Assembly: GCA_043228905.1 (NCBI GenBank)
Contig: JBHGNT010000009.1
Span: 4,340,001 to 4,404,000, forward strand
Length of the DNA: 64,000 nt
Direction: 5' to 3'
Source: Azolla caroliniana
Taxonomy: Eukaryota > Plantae > Polypodiophyta
The translations under genes and the position numbers were made by a program. Under the pieces are notes generated by a model. The model worked only from the letters and a program-made list of their open reading frames with translations, made no database searches and was not told the origin of the DNA. Numbering within the stretch: position 1 is the first letter of the stretch; each line of letters opens with the position of its first letter. Shown piece after piece: positions 62,000 through 64,000 of this stretch.

Positions 62000-63020
62000 T
62001 GCTTAGAGACACGAAAGAGAGCATATTACAGATTTGAGAACACATGCAATCATGGAGATATTAAGTGTTGGGTTCTCACACTAGTGCTTCTCTGTGGATG
62101 GAAGTATGAGGTGGTAGCATCCCAAAATATACTTAGAAATAGTTTGATTCAAATGTTCAAAAACATTTTCTTGCAAAGTTTCTACAAGTTATGAAACAAA
62201 CGTCATACACCCGCCTCCTCCTTGAGATGAAATCATTTCCCATTGAGATCATGGATTCATGGCCATGAAAAGGGTTGTTGAATACATGCTTAAGGTTCAA
62301 AAAGGTCTCTCACATCAACTTCCTAGAAATGCATGGTAATAAGCAAAAAGATACAAAAGACGCATATAAAGCAAAATTTTGTGTTCCAGTTGGATGCAAG
62401 ATATAGCAAAATGGTTTGGTAGATGGGATGCAACACACTTACTTCATGATGCATCACTAGATCCCTCTATAAATGAGGCCTTTTTGCAACGCCAATGTAT
62501 TATGACATGGGGCAAATGTGGAGGATCACACTTCACACATTATGCTACACATGTTGTACCTAACTACAAAACCATATTCTTCGCAGAACAGGCAAACCGT
62601 ACACATCGATACATATTAGAGCCCTTCACATTATCTGCCATTCAACCCATTACTTCCATGTGACTTAGCTCACATACATTGCAATGTGAGATGGGGCGTT
62701 GGGGCAAGTGATGAGAATGGTCGACTATGCACACTTCACCCCAAACAAGCTCTAGAGTTTGACTATCACACTTTGATACAATACTCTACTTTTGATCATA
62801 TTCAACCAAGTTTTCCATACATCTTCAAGGACGCCCAATCCTTGCACGAATTTCTCTCACAACCACAATGTGCACTCTCGATTGCAACATTCATTGGCAA
62901 AGGTCTTGAACATCAAGAGTCATTACTCTCTTTCAAATGTGTTACGTGAAATATGATATTTTTGGTCTCATTGGTCATGTTTGACTTCCAAAGATGATAA
63001 CATAATCTCTCTCTCTCTCA
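62000..63020 (+). mobile_element. 3' fragment of a third RTEX-like LINE family
   Basis: Decayed ORF2 C-terminus (LSSHTLQCE, RLCTL, EFDYHTLIQ) ending in a hairpin and a (CT)n tail. Confidence 0.55.
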
Positions 63021-63219
63021 AGTTCAATCCTCCCCATGGGCTACACCCTATCTTATAGATTGCCACATCTCCTATGGACATATATCATAGATTTTAATCG
63101 GTCTCCTGTGGATGTTAAGAAGATTTGTATCTATTTCATTCACCATATTCATAGTAGCCAAAACTACAACTCTCTCTCTCTCTCTCTCTCTCTCTCTTCA
63201 ATAATTAAAACACTATTAA

Positions 63220-63572
63220 TGTTGCAACCTAGGTTGTTGCCTTGAGGTATGTACATTCTTCTAGTCAAAACCTAGAGAGGTTGTACTCAGTTGTAATCAT
63301 TGTTATTCTATCCACCCAATTGGGTGAAGGTTGTAACCAAGGTTGTTGCCTTGAGGCAAAGACATTCCTCTAATGAAAACCTAGAGATATTGTATTCGGT
63401 TGTACTCAGAACATAGTGAAGTTGTTTGGAACCTACGGTTCTCATGGTTTTTCCCTATTTGGGTTTTCCGCGTAAAATTTTGGTGTACTCTGTTTTTTTG
63501 TTTATGTTATGTCTTTCTTATATCGTGTTGGAAGTCTAAAGCTCATCGTGATTCAGATCCATATTCCTAACA
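63220..63572 (+). mobile_element. Short solo LTR related to LTR E
   Basis: TG...CA ends, 5-bp TSD ATTAA (63215-63219, 63573-63577), internal duplication of about 110 bp, ends CCATATTCCTAACA. Confidence 0.75.
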
Positions 63573-64000
63573 ATTAACCCAACAATGTTTGTCCCTTTCA
63601 ATGTCAAGGACAAGGGACTCGAGAGAGAATGTCCAATCAAAGTAGTGAGTCAAGATGATTGCTCATGGGCTCCTAAGGAGCACTTCCTCCTACAAACATT
63701 ACAAGGCTAATACTTGCAATAAGAAGAATGTATATAAACATGTCACTTCCCAATTCACTCACTAGAGAAGGTTAATTGCGCTTATGCTCACACCATATCC
63801 TCCACAACTTAATGTTTTTGTTAGCATAACCACATGAAAGAGGAAGCCTAGTATCTTGAGAAAGCTACCTTTGTGATTTCAAGATGTTTGTGACTTTTCT
63901 AAAGCTCATATTTCGAGATGTTTGTGATTTCCCTTCTATTCAAAATGATTGGTTGTCTATGTGTACATAGATATTTTTGGCTCCAATGTTTTTTTAAATA

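Overview
Eukaryotic, AT-rich, transposon-rich land-plant nuclear DNA; a fern or other large-genome seed-free plant is plausible but is only an inference. I assembled four spliced host genes by hand from GT-AG junctions. (1) A peroxisomal FMN-dependent 2-hydroxy-acid oxidase of the long-chain HAOX/GLO4 type (+, 11 exons, 15644-42261, 382 aa, ends SRL), whose introns are inflated by a full-length Ty1/copia element and many RTEX-like LINE copies. (2) Elongin C (+, 3 exons). (3) A class I cytosolic small heat-shock protein with an intron (+). (4) A GH36 seed-imbibition/alkaline alpha-galactosidase (SIP/RFS2-like; -, 14 exons, 786 aa). The first 15 kb is intergenic. It contains a decayed L1 LINE split by a five-level nest of solo LTRs. 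Three of those LTRs, plus a fourth copy at 32551, belong to one family with TGTCR..YGACA ends, and all sit in 4-bp target sites with a central CpG. This is the most striking pattern in the window. Other notable patterns are a shared 3' hairpin across divergent LINE families, head-to-tail LINE arrays on pyrimidine microsatellites, inverted LINE tails flanking HAOX exons 5-7, and nested hAT MITEs in the SIP promoter. No database searches were run; family assignments rest on recognisable motifs.
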